From Candidatus Saccharimonadota bacterium (GTDB lineage Bacteria; Patescibacteriota; Saccharimonadia; Saccharimonadales; JAXHNE01), in NCBI GenBank assembly GCA_034520885.1, contig JAXHNE010000009.1:2431-66430 (forward strand): a DNA stretch of 64,000 nt, given 5' to 3'. Shown in pieces: positions 1 through 9,115 of the stretch. A program made the translations under genes and the position numbers. The number at the start of each line of letters is the position of its first letter. Within the stretch, counting starts at the first letter, position 1. Below the pieces are notes generated by a model. The model made no database searches. It was not told the origin of the DNA and saw only the letters and a program-made list of their open reading frames with translations.

Positions 1-444
1 TGAGCGCCGCACGCCTTCGGATAAAAATTTCGCGTTGCGGTCTTCGGCATATTCTTTGTGGCTTTCGTACGAAAGGTCGTAAACGACAATCGAAGACTTA
101 CTGAAAGCAAGTCGCATATCGACAAAACGCGTAAAAACATAAAATCCACGACCCATGAGCAGATCGATTGGCGGTAACAGGTTGTAGCGCCAAAGTCGTG
201 ACATCGTGACGAAGTTAAGTGGGAATTTTTTAAGCCGAATGTGTTTAAAACCAAAGTTTATGAATTGTGGTATGCGGTCACGGGGGATAATGACGTAGAT
301 TTCCGGAGTCTGCTTGCCGGCTAGGTAGTCTCGTTCAAGTATGGCGTCCAAACCACGCAAAATACCAAGGTTATATTGGCCGACACCACTAAAGTGTCCG
401 TCAACCAAAGGTAAGCCATCAAAAAAGATTTTTTTATTCGCCAT
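1..444 (-). CDS. glycosyltransferase (GT-B, family 1/4-like), N-terminal part only; continues past window start
   Basis: Not in the ORF track because no stop lies inside the window. ATG at 444..442 and the frame stays open for 148 codons to position 1: MANKKIFFDGLPLVDGHFSGVGQYNLGILRGLD...IVVYDLSYESHKEYAEDRNAKF. The N-terminal layout is typical of group-1 glycosyltransferases. Confidence 0.45.
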   Translation of the reverse strand, partial: MANKKIFFDGLPLVDGHFSGVGQYNLGILRGLDAILERDYLAGKQTPEIYVIIPRDRIPQFINFGFKHIRLKKFPLNFVTMSRLWRYNLLPPIDLLMGRGFYVFTRFVDMRLAFSKSSIVVYDLSYESHKEYAEDRNAKFLSEGVRRS

Positions 445-494
445 CAATCCTTACATTTTAACAAAACCAATTAATAATCAATAGTAGCCCCAAG

Positions 495-2471
495 CTAGTT
501 TTGGCCTTGTGTACCGGTGTTCCAGGTATCTTCATCATGCTTGTCGTAGATTACAAGATTTCCGTCTTGTTGGACGACTAGGCGGGAGTAGCCTTTATCT
601 GCAGTGCGGCTTTTCCAAAGAGCATTGCCTTGGCCATCGTAGAGCACTAAATTCCCGTCATGCTGCATGTCTAACCGATAGGACGGCTTACCGTACGTCT
701 TAGTGTGCCATAGCGCATTACCTGAATCAGTAGCATAAAGCACCAAATTGCCATCATCCTGCAGTACAAGTCTATATTTGCCATCAGGTGTTTCGAGTTG
801 CTGGCCGGTATGCAGAAAAGCACGGTCGTATAGAGCTGGGCCTACATAATTAAGCATGTCAGGATTCTCGACTGTCCGGCTATCCCATAAATCGTTACCA
901 GAAGAGTCGTAAACGACCATATTCCCATCTGTTTGCATGACAAAGTAGGCTCCAGGATTACCGTAGGTAGCAGTATGCCAAATGGCGTTTCCATTTTTGT
1001 CATAAAGCACCAAATTGCCATCTGGCTGCATAGTAAGACGTTCGCTATTCCTACCTACAGATGATGTGTACCACTTGGCAAAGTGAGTGCCATAAAGCAC
1101 CAAATTGCCATCATGTTGCAGCACAAGCGTATTATGCAAGTCAGGTGACACAAGATTTTCACCGACCCGTATCTCCTCGTCAGCATTCAGTCTGAAATCC
1201 GTTTCCTGGGCAATGCTAGGGTCAGCTACATTTATTGTGTAGTCAAATTCTACATTTAGCCAGATCTTTCCCTCAATTAGCATTTGGAAATATTCTTGGT
1301 ATGTGCCTTTTTTGCTTGGTGCCGTAAGCTCAAACTCAAGTGTGCCGACATCACCAGGGACAACCGTATCTTCAATCAGCTTTGTGGGACGGTTAGGCTT
1401 GAACCACGTCGCACGAAAGGGACTATAATCGTTGCCATGCCGGCCAATTCGAGTGAACGACCTGTCCCAATTTTTCCAGCCAGTGTTTCTGACCTTGACC
1501 TGTATATATGCTTTGTCACCGGGTGCCAAGCTGATGTCTCTCTGTGTATACTTTTTGGTCATAGCTGAGTCAGTAAAGATACCGACGCTCTCTACAGCGG
1601 TATTGTAGGCAATATTAGTAAGCGTCGACCCAAACCAGTCGTTATACATCCGCCAGAAGTTACGGTTCCCGTAAGCACTACAGTCATCGCCGGTGCCATA
1701 AAGATTGTTCAAGGCAGCAGCATTGGGCTGGTAAGGGGTGTAATTGTAAAGGCCGGCGGTTGCTTGTGAGCGCAGGAATAAGTCGGTGCCGCCGCAACCA
1801 GTGTTAGGGTGATATTGGACATAATTGACAAACCCGACGCGATAGTTCGGCCCGTTAACTTTATCGTAATATTTATAAACCCGGCCTGCGTAGTACACCT
1901 GGTTGAAAAATCCTTCGTACTGGTCGTAACAACCGTTCTGATTACTATCAACGCTGGTAGACAGATTAGAATCTGGGCAACCATAGCCGGTAGCCTTTGT
2001 ATACTGGATGTCCCATGGCCATGTGTCAGTAATCAAGCTTTGTTCCTTTTGCAGCAGTACAAGCAACACTCTGGTGCTAACTCCGCAAGCTTTGGAGACA
2101 TCATGGATTATTTGAGCAGCAGACTGCTTGCTTTTGGAGCTGATAGCTTTACATAATTCTGACTCGGCAGGCTTTGATGGTGTGTTTATCTTGTAATCTT
2201 TGAGGCAAGTATAAGGCGGTCCTGAGTCATTTGACGAACCGCTATAAGCATGGTTAGTATCGCAAACCGGTACCTTACTATTCAAAAATCTCTGGATTTG
2301 TGAAGCGGTCAAATCACCGGCCCTGAAAAACACCGAGTCGTCCATGATTCTTTCAGGATTGAATTGGCTGCCGGATAGGGCGCTTGTTGGTGTAATTTGT
2401 AAGGCAAATAAGCTGGATAGGACGAGGGCTACCAAAAGTGTTATTGATAGGCGTTTACGCAAGCTTTTCAT
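495..2471 (-). CDS. secreted multidomain protein with two tandem bulb-type (MMBL/GNA-like) mannose-binding lectin domains
   Basis: 658-aa ORF with an N-terminal signal peptide (MKSLRKRLSITLLVALVLSSLFALQ). The C-terminal ~230 aa carry six intact QxDxNxVxY motifs (LQHDGNLVLY, MQPDGNLVLY, MQTDGNMVVY, LQDDGNLVLY, MQHDGNLVLY, VQQDGNLVIY). The N-terminal Cys-containing domain (..VLLVLLQKEQSLITD..) and a middle beta-rich domain are of uncertain function. Confidence 0.85.
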   Translation of the reverse strand: MKSLRKRLSITLLVALVLSSLFALQITPTSALSGSQFNPERIMDDSVFFRAGDLTASQIQRFLNSKVPVCDTNHAYSGSSNDSGPPYTCLKDYKINTPSKPAESELCKAISSKSKQSAAQIIHDVSKACGVSTRVLLVLLQKEQSLITDTWPWDIQYTKATGYGCPDSNLSTSVDSNQNGCYDQYEGFFNQVYYAGRVYKYYDKVNGPNYRVGFVNYVQYHPNTGCGGTDLFLRSQATAGLYNYTPYQPNAAALNNLYGTGDDCSAYGNRNFWRMYNDWFGSTLTNIAYNTAVESVGIFTDSAMTKKYTQRDISLAPGDKAYIQVKVRNTGWKNWDRSFTRIGRHGNDYSPFRATWFKPNRPTKLIEDTVVPGDVGTLEFELTAPSKKGTYQEYFQMLIEGKIWLNVEFDYTINVADPSIAQETDFRLNADEEIRVGENLVSPDLHNTLVLQHDGNLVLYGTHFAKWYTSSVGRNSERLTMQPDGNLVLYDKNGNAIWHTATYGNPGAYFVMQTDGNMVVYDSSGNDLWDSRTVENPDMLNYVGPALYDRAFLHTGQQLETPDGKYRLVLQDDGNLVLYATDSGNALWHTKTYGKPSYRLDMQHDGNLVLYDGQGNALWKSRTADKGYSRLVVQQDGNLVIYDKHDEDTWNTGTQGQN

Positions 2472-2475
2472 ACTA

Positions 2476-3012
2476 TTATTTTACTGTAACCTCCTTGGTA
2501 TCGGAGATGCCTGAGGCAGTTTCTGATGAATATTCTACAGTTGCTGCCCACTTGCCGGGTGTAAGTTTTGACAGAGGAATTTTTATAAAACCACAGGAAA
2601 CATCGGAAACGTTACGCGCTGCCGTACTTGTTGCTTTAACTTCTCTGGATCCACTCTTTAGAGTTAGTTCACAAGTGCCGCCGTCCTCAAATATGCCTGG
2701 GACGCGTGCCGCAAGCTCAAAGTTTGCATCAGATTGGCCCCAAGAAGTAACCTGTGGCTTTACTTGCTTATTGTCGCTTGGTGTAGTTTCGGTTTCTTCG
2801 CTTGGTTTTGGTTGATCAGCTAATTTTTCCTTGTGTTCTTCAGTCTCTTGTAGGTCGGTTTTAGTTGGCGGGTCCAAATCAATACTCTCATCATTAGCCG
2901 TTGTACGATTTTGGTTGGTGTAATGCCAATAAGCAAGGCCGCCGACAAGTACAAGCGGCAGTAAAATGGTAAGTAAACCTATTTTTAGATAATTTTTTTT
3001 TGTTTTCTTCAT
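2476..3012 (-). CDS. small membrane-anchored/secreted hypothetical protein
   Basis: I trimmed the 239-aa track ORF to the internal ATG at 3012 (MKKTKKNYLKIGLLTILLPLVLVGGLAYW = N-terminal anchor). The longer form would overlap the divergent gene starting at 3112. An acidic linker is followed by a beta-rich C-terminus. Confidence 0.6.
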   Translation of the reverse strand: MKKTKKNYLKIGLLTILLPLVLVGGLAYWHYTNQNRTTANDESIDLDPPTKTDLQETEEHKEKLADQPKPSEETETTPSDNKQVKPQVTSWGQSDANFELAARVPGIFEDGGTCELTLKSGSREVKATSTAARNVSDVSCGFIKIPLSKLTPGKWAATVEYSSETASGISDTKEVTVK

Positions 3013-3111
3013 ACGCCTAAATACTAACATAAAATTATCTAAAATGCAAGAGCATTTTAGATAATTTAACCACTGCGGTAAGCAATGTTTATTCATGCTA
3101 TAATTTGCTAA

Positions 3112-4299
3112 ATGCTCAGAGCTGTAAATATTTTCGGCAGTAGAGTCTTTGCCTACCTGAAAAAGACATTTACGGCCAAAAAAATCCGACAACACGCACC
3201 ATTGTTTATTGTACTGGTGGCAGTGTTTACCTCATTTATTTATGGCTGGTACTTTGACGGCTCAAAACCAATGTCAGGCAAAGGTTGGGCCGACCAAACA
3301 TCTTATTATACAGCCGCCGCCAGGTTTTCAGATTTTGAGCTGCCAAGAGCTGGTGAACTACACTATGCGATCGGCTATCCTTTGCTTGGCACAGTAGGTG
3401 GTATTTTTGACAGTGACGACCCGTTCATGGTTGTTAGTCTGGTATTGTTGCTGGCGAGTGTTACGCTTTGTTTTTTGGCAGTCACAAAACTTTTTGGCAA
3501 GAATTGGGCAGTTCTATTCATACTTTTTCTATTTTACTGGGATTTAGTAGGCAGGTCTTTTAGTTTTGCTTCCGAATTATTCGTAGTGCCCTGGAATATC
3601 CAGGTTCTCTTTCTGGCCATGGCTTTTTACTTATGGCTCTTTGCAACTAAAGCGCACCAAAAACCCTCTTGGCGCCTTGTGTTGATAGCTTGCGTACTTT
3701 CAGGATTTGCCATTTTAACGCGGGAAGAAGCGGCACTTTTTGTGTTGCCGGCTATAGCCCTTTTTATACTTATAACAAAAGCCGGAATCAAAAAATTACT
3801 AATTGCAGGCATTATCACTGTCTCGTTTTTCATCCCGCAATTTTTGGTTAAGCTCAATGCTTACGGCTCGATAACGAATTCCGGCCGCAGCGACAGCTAC
3901 TCTGACATAAGATCGCACTACTTACAGCCAGACTTGTTCGAGCGAAACCTGAAAGAAGTTGTTATAAATAGCAGCTACACTACGGGCGCCGAAGCGAGTA
4001 GGCCAGCATTACTTGAAGCTGCCCCGTGGTTGTGGCTTAGCCCGATTGGCTTGGGGCTTATACTCGTACTTAAAAAATATCCGGTAGCTCTAAAAACTTA
4101 CGTCTTGGTAAGCTTGGCACTTGTGGTATTTTACTTAAGCGGTGCCAATATGTCAGCTCAAAAGCTGCGCTTCCATTGCCTGCGTTATATTGCGCCTGGC
4201 ATGATAGTGCTGAACCTAGGGACTCTTGTCGCTGCCAAAGAAACATTTACTTTTACTGCAGAAAAAGTAAAGTCTAAAAACGGTAAATTTCATGCCTAA
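3112..4299 (+). CDS. polytopic membrane protein, GT-C-like glycosyltransferase candidate (PMT/ArnT-like)
   Basis: 395 aa with ~10 predicted hydrophobic helices. It lies in a glycan locus and its stop overlaps the start of the next polytopic protein (ATGCCTAA). Confidence 0.4.
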   Translation: MLRAVNIFGSRVFAYLKKTFTAKKIRQHAPLFIVLVAVFTSFIYGWYFDGSKPMSGKGWADQTSYYTAAARFSDFELPRAGELHYAIGYPLLGTVGGIFDSDDPFMVVSLVLLLASVTLCFLAVTKLFGKNWAVLFILFLFYWDLVGRSFSFASELFVVPWNIQVLFLAMAFYLWLFATKAHQKPSWRLVLIACVLSGFAILTREEAALFVLPAIALFILITKAGIKKLLIAGIITVSFFIPQFLVKLNAYGSITNSGRSDSYSDIRSHYLQPDLFERNLKEVVINSSYTTGAEASRPALLEAAPWLWLSPIGLGLILVLKKYPVALKTYVLVSLALVVFYLSGANMSAQKLRFHCLRYIAPGMIVLNLGTLVAAKETFTFTAEKVKSKNGKFHA

Positions 4300-6352
4300 A
4301 ATCAGTAAAAAAACCAGATTACTTGAGCGCATACTGCAGAATCTTCCAGTTATCGTGCCAGTTTTTGTAGCGGTCTTCGGTGCTGCTATGATGCTCTTAC
4401 TTGTATTAGGTAAATTTTACACATGGCCTGTTATTGTAATTTCCGGTACTTTAGCGGCGTACGTAACCTTTCGAACACACACACGGCTCGACAATAAATT
4501 CTTGCCGGGAGGTAACAGGGAAAAATTACTGGGCAGCCTTGTTGTTATTGTTTTTGTATTTTTATGGATGGGCTTTAACGCGGGGCTAACGGCACAGCAT
4601 CTATTTACCAACAGAGACCCAGGTGTATATGCGGTTACTGGTAGTTGGCTCGTAGAGGACAATGACTTGGATATAGAGAAACAGGAAGTATTTGGTAGTA
4701 CGGAGGGGGTCAAGTACAACAGCGGGGGCTTTATGCCTAACCCAGACAATCCGAGTGAGATACACGCGCAAGGTGTACATCTGTTGCCATCATTTGCAGG
4801 CCTGGGTGGCCGGTTGTTTGGTTTGCAGACCATGTTTCGCATAAACGTGCTCTTTGGGGGAATCGCGCTTTTAGCCATTTATGCCTTTGCAAGAACAATA
4901 ATGAAACCCAGATGGGCTGCATTCGCCCCAGTGATAATGGGCGCAAGCTTGCCGATGATTTACTTCTCCAGGGATATGTACACCGAACCGTTGTTGGCTG
5001 GATTTACTTTTACAATGCTTGCAATAATATTTATGGCCGTTAAAACAAGCAGTCGCGCTCTCTGGTTTGTTGGTGGCTTCCTCGGCGGTGCGGGCGCTCT
5101 TGTGAGGATAGATGGTTATCTAACTATAGCTATGGCGCTTGCTTTTGTTAGTATTTATGCAGCAGTAAATGCCCGCAGAAAACATGCAATTATAAGTTCA
5201 TTGCTTTTCATACTCGGCTTGAGCCTTCCGGCAATTGTAGGTTGGGCTGATTTGTCACAATTTTCCAGGTCATATTTCATAAGCGAATGGCCAAATATTA
5301 AGCTGGAAATCGCCTTAATCGCTGCGATTATAGTAGTCGGTACTGCACTATTTGTACTTGCTAGAAAAACCGCAGTTATGAATAAATTGGACAAGGTAAC
5401 TGCAGGTTGGCGCGGCCCGGCCGTGTTTATTCTTGTATTATTAGTCTTTGGCTTTCTGGCGAGCCGTTCGCTTTGGCAAGTGAGTTATGCCGAGAAAACC
5501 GTATTAACAGAGAGCGGACAGAGCCAAATAGTAAGGCAGAGAGATTATTACGAACGTTCATTTATATGGGTTGCTTGGTATATTGGTCCGGTTATAGCAT
5601 CATTCGGTGCCCTCGGATTAGCTTTCTTTTCTGGGCTAATGGTAAAACGCAAAGATTTATATCTGTTAGCACCGCTACTTGTGATAGTGAGCACTTCCAT
5701 TTTCTATATATATAATCCAAATATTCACCCAGACCACATATGGGCAGCTCGGCGGTTCCTGCCAGTTATTTTCCCGGGCTTTGTCGTCTTTGGCCTCGGC
5801 TTTTTGGCTTATATTTATAATAAAACAATAAAAAAGTTCAGCAGACAAAAGGGATTTATTACTGTTGTAACGGTGTCTTTGGTATTACTGGCTATTGGAG
5901 GCCCCCTTTATGCGGGAAAGAGACTTATTTTTGTGCGAGAAGCAACGTGGTATTCGGCTGTTCAGGAGACATGTAATGTTACCCACGACAACAATGCAGT
6001 TTTATGGGTAGGGTCTGCCAGGACACAGTTGATAGAGGCAAGCAAGTCAATATGCGATATCCCGACAGCTGGCTACGGGACGCTCTTTAGCAACAATCAA
6101 ATGCCATCAAAATCCATTCTAGCTGAAGCATCACTTAGAGCCAGAGAAAAAGGCTATACCCCGTTAATTGGCTTATTCGGCAGAGAAAAAAGTTTACTGG
6201 AGCCTAATATGCAGGTCACAAAAATACATGAATTTTCTTATGAACGAATAGAAAAAACTGCTGATTTCCCTCGCCATAAGCAGGTTTTCACCAACAGTAT
6301 TTTATTGGGCGAGATACTAAAAGACGGAAGTATCGTTGGTTTGTCTCGTTGA
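4292..6352 (+). CDS. polytopic membrane protein with C-terminal soluble domain, GT-C-like glycosyltransferase candidate
   Basis: 686 aa. Many TM helices occupy the first ~520 aa and a soluble ~150-aa tail follows. This architecture is typical of ArnT/PMT-type lipid-linked sugar transferases. Overlaps the upstream gene by 8 nt. Confidence 0.45.
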   Translation: MPKISKKTRLLERILQNLPVIVPVFVAVFGAAMMLLLVLGKFYTWPVIVISGTLAAYVTFRTHTRLDNKFLPGGNREKLLGSLVVIVFVFLWMGFNAGLTAQHLFTNRDPGVYAVTGSWLVEDNDLDIEKQEVFGSTEGVKYNSGGFMPNPDNPSEIHAQGVHLLPSFAGLGGRLFGLQTMFRINVLFGGIALLAIYAFARTIMKPRWAAFAPVIMGASLPMIYFSRDMYTEPLLAGFTFTMLAIIFMAVKTSSRALWFVGGFLGGAGALVRIDGYLTIAMALAFVSIYAAVNARRKHAIISSLLFILGLSLPAIVGWADLSQFSRSYFISEWPNIKLEIALIAAIIVVGTALFVLARKTAVMNKLDKVTAGWRGPAVFILVLLVFGFLASRSLWQVSYAEKTVLTESGQSQIVRQRDYYERSFIWVAWYIGPVIASFGALGLAFFSGLMVKRKDLYLLAPLLVIVSTSIFYIYNPNIHPDHIWAARRFLPVIFPGFVVFGLGFLAYIYNKTIKKFSRQKGFITVVTVSLVLLAIGGPLYAGKRLIFVREATWYSAVQETCNVTHDNNAVLWVGSARTQLIEASKSICDIPTAGYGTLFSNNQMPSKSILAEASLRAREKGYTPLIGLFGREKSLLEPNMQVTKIHEFSYERIEKTADFPRHKQVFTNSILLGEILKDGSIVGLSR

Positions 6353-6381
6353 TTTTTCAGATAGCCGCTTAATAAATTACA

Positions 6382-7482
6382 ATGGTAGAAATGAAAGTTT
6401 TATTTATAGCTAGACGGTTTCCGCCTTCGGTTGGCGGGATGGAGAGATTTGCTAAGGATCTTTCAGGAGCTATAGAGCACCAAATCGAGCTTAGCAAAAT
6501 AACCTGGGGTGGTTCGAACAAATTGTTGCCACTGGTACTGCCCTGGTTTTTTGTAAAAGGTTTTTGGCGCTTGCTAAGCAATCGGGACATAAAAGTCATA
6601 CATATGCAGGATGCAGTACAAGCACCGATTGGCTGGCTTTTACATGTTATTTTTCGCAAGCCTTACGTTGTGGTAGCCCACGGTTTAGACATAACCTACA
6701 ATTCAAAGATATACCAAATTCTTATTTTACCTTTTGTGGGGCGGGCTGATGCCGTTATTTCGATCAGTTCCGCAACTGGCGACGAAGCTATAAAGCGTGG
6801 TACTATGCCTGGAAAATCACATGTAATTACACTGGGTACTCATGATGACTACGGAAAAGTGGTGCCCGATCGCGAGCAACTATCTCAGGAAATTTCATAT
6901 GTGTTAGAAGACCGTACGTTACTACTCACAACCGGTAGGCTCGTAAAAAGAAAAGGAGTCGAGTGGTTTATAACTAATGTTTTGCCGCAATTGGTGAAAA
7001 AAGACCAAAATGTGCTCTACTTGGTAGCTGGCGATGGAGTTGAAAGAGATAAAATTAACGAAGCCGTTACAAGCAATAACATGACGGATAATGTTGTGTT
7101 ACTGGGGAGGGTTAGCGACAGTGTTCGTTCGCTGTTATACCAATCCTGCGATGTTTTTGTCATGCCTAATATAGTTGTTCCCGGCGATATGGAAGGTTTT
7201 GGAATTGTTGCTCATGAAGCGGCAACCGCAAAACTCCCGGTAGTTGCGAGCAATCTCGAAGGTATAGCTGATGCGATCAAAAATAATAAAAATGGTATAT
7301 TAGTAAAATCCGGCGACAAGGAGGCTTTTTTACGGGCTCTTGATAAACTTCTCAAGGATCGAACTTACCGTAAAAAGTTCGGAGAGAAAGCCAGGGAGTT
7401 TACCCTCAATGAATATAGTTGGGAAAACATAGCCAATCAATATATCAAAGTCTACCAAGAATTAGTATCCAAAGATGTCTAG
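6382..7482 (+). CDS. glycosyltransferase family 4 (GT-B)
   Basis: 366 aa. MKVLFIARRFPPSVGGMERF N-terminus and C-terminal ..PNIVVPGDMEGFGIVAHEAATAKLPVVASN.. (E-x7-E type motif). An alternative start lies at 6391. Confidence 0.85.
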   Translation: MVEMKVLFIARRFPPSVGGMERFAKDLSGAIEHQIELSKITWGGSNKLLPLVLPWFFVKGFWRLLSNRDIKVIHMQDAVQAPIGWLLHVIFRKPYVVVAHGLDITYNSKIYQILILPFVGRADAVISISSATGDEAIKRGTMPGKSHVITLGTHDDYGKVVPDREQLSQEISYVLEDRTLLLTTGRLVKRKGVEWFITNVLPQLVKKDQNVLYLVAGDGVERDKINEAVTSNNMTDNVVLLGRVSDSVRSLLYQSCDVFVMPNIVVPGDMEGFGIVAHEAATAKLPVVASNLEGIADAIKNNKNGILVKSGDKEAFLRALDKLLKDRTYRKKFGEKAREFTLNEYSWENIANQYIKVYQELVSKDV

Positions 7483-8206
7483 AAAACCATTTCAGCATAA
7501 AATCGAGCGCTCCAATTCTTCGCATGCGATTTTGGAAACAGCGTCCAGGAAGCGAAAAGCGGCCAAAATTCAGGCGCTCCTTGACGAAGCTACAGAATTC
7601 TCAAAGGCCACAGTTTTAGACATTGGTACCGGATCAGGCGATATAGCATACGAATTGGCAAAAAGTGCAGCCAAAGTAGTGTCGGTTGATATTGTTGATG
7701 AGCGTAAACAAAAAACGGGGTATAAGTTCAAATTAACAAAGGATGAAAACCTGCCGTTTGGGGATAATTTTTTCGACATTGTTATTACTAACCACGTTGT
7801 TGAACATACGCCGAACCAAAAAAAGCACTTGAGCGAAGTGATGCGGGTGCTAAAACCTGGAGGCTATGTTTATATTGCCACACCAAATAAATATTGGCTA
7901 ACCGATCCTCATTATAAGTTGCCCTTCATTTCGTGGCTTCCAAGAAAAGTAAGTAACTTTTATCTTAGATTGTTCCAAAAAACCGACTGGGATATTTATC
8001 CGTTATCGTCACGAAAACTAAAAAAACTCTTTGGATCGAAAGCCGAAGTTACCAATGCGCTTCCTATACTTCTAACTACCAAGGCAGTCCAAAAACTTGA
8101 TATGTGGAAAAGTGCTGCAGTAATTGCCCGTTTTGCACCAAAGAGTTTGCTTAATCTTTCCCAGTACATAAGCCCCACTCTCATTCATATTGTGCGCAAG
8201 CAATAG
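7475..8206 (+). CDS. class I SAM-dependent methyltransferase
   Basis: 243 aa. SAM motif I VLDIGTGSGDIA and post-I/II motifs (..LKPGGYVYIATPN..). The start overlaps the stop of the upstream GT4 gene. Confidence 0.8.
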   Translation: MSRKPFQHKIERSNSSHAILETASRKRKAAKIQALLDEATEFSKATVLDIGTGSGDIAYELAKSAAKVVSVDIVDERKQKTGYKFKLTKDENLPFGDNFFDIVITNHVVEHTPNQKKHLSEVMRVLKPGGYVYIATPNKYWLTDPHYKLPFISWLPRKVSNFYLRLFQKTDWDIYPLSSRKLKKLFGSKAEVTNALPILLTTKAVQKLDMWKSAAVIARFAPKSLLNLSQYISPTLIHIVRKQ

Positions 8207-8215
8207 GGTGTGTAG

Positions 8216-9115
8216 CTAATTGGCGGGTTCTGGTTGCTGCCGTTTAGCTGCGATAGCCAAAGGAACAAGTAATGCCAGAACTGCGAAGTAAGCTAACCTA
8301 TCAATAGTTGCAGCTAAAATAATGTCTTGTGAAGACAAGCCCATTTGGTTCTGTGCTACTAGCAACATTGCTTCTCTGATCCCGATAGCTCCAGGTGTTA
8401 GTGCAACAAGGATTGAAAACTGGGATATACCGGTGTACGTAAGCAGTCCGCCTATCGAGATCTTTGCCCCCACAGCGCTTAGCTCTACACCATATGCTAG
8501 CGTGGAACCGCTTAACTGGAGCAGTGCAATTAAGAACAGACTAATAATAGGTTTTGCTTGAAAAACCACACTAACATTTCTAAGTTTGAGGTATGCGTTT
8601 GCTATGACACGAGGCTTTAATAATCTGAACAAAAATAATGCAAAGGCTAAAGCTCCAACAATTGCTAATATGAACACCAGTACACCAGCGGTACCGCTAA
8701 CTATACCCAAGCCAGATATAATAAGTAGGCCAGCTATTCCAAAAACCATAGCATATTGCATAAAAGTTAGCGCGAAGTATCGCTTGTAAGATATATTGAA
8801 GTACTTTTTCAGGTAAACACCTCTGAAGCCGAGACCACCCTGCAGAAAGCCGAAAAAATTTATCATTGATGAGTAGGCACTAACTCGCACCGCATCTATA
8901 AAAGCTACTTTATTCTTAGTAAAGTTAATGAAAAGAATAAGAAACAGTATATTGGAAAGAAATATCAGTGCCTGCCCAGCCACAACCAGAGATATCTGTG
9001 GTATGGATAAATCTGCAAGTTTTTCAAATTGCTGCTGGTTGTCAAAAAAATAGTAAAAAAAAGCAACCAGAGAGAGAACGAGCAGCAGTATTCGTATTAA
9101 CTTTTTATTTTTCAC
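8216..9115 (-). CDS. flippase-like polytopic membrane protein (LPG-synthase-TM/UPF0104-like)
   Basis: 299 aa with ~8 TM helices. Overlaps the upstream GT2 gene by 11 nt, a common GT2 + flippase-like pairing. Confidence 0.5.
   Translation of the reverse strand: MKNKKLIRILLLVLSLVAFFYYFFDNQQQFEKLADLSIPQISLVVAGQALIFLSNILFLILFINFTKNKVAFIDAVRVSAYSSMINFFGFLQGGLGFRGVYLKKYFNISYKRYFALTFMQYAMVFGIAGLLIISGLGIVSGTAGVLVFILAIVGALAFALFLFRLLKPRVIANAYLKLRNVSVVFQAKPIISLFLIALLQLSGSTLAYGVELSAVGAKISIGGLLTYTGISQFSILVALTPGAIGIREAMLLVAQNQMGLSSQDIILAATIDRLAYFAVLALLVPLAIAAKRQQPEPAN

Noticed and set aside
2476-3195. Long forms of several track ORFs (2476-3195, 10334-11758, 13493-14074, 38286-39170, 43686-44726, 44512-45186, 53814-54614, 59559-59894)
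   Set aside because: The N-terminal extensions overlap divergent neighbours or run through spacers or repeats. Internal starts give canonical family N-termini (e.g. MKPKTISVIGAGYVG) and were used instead.
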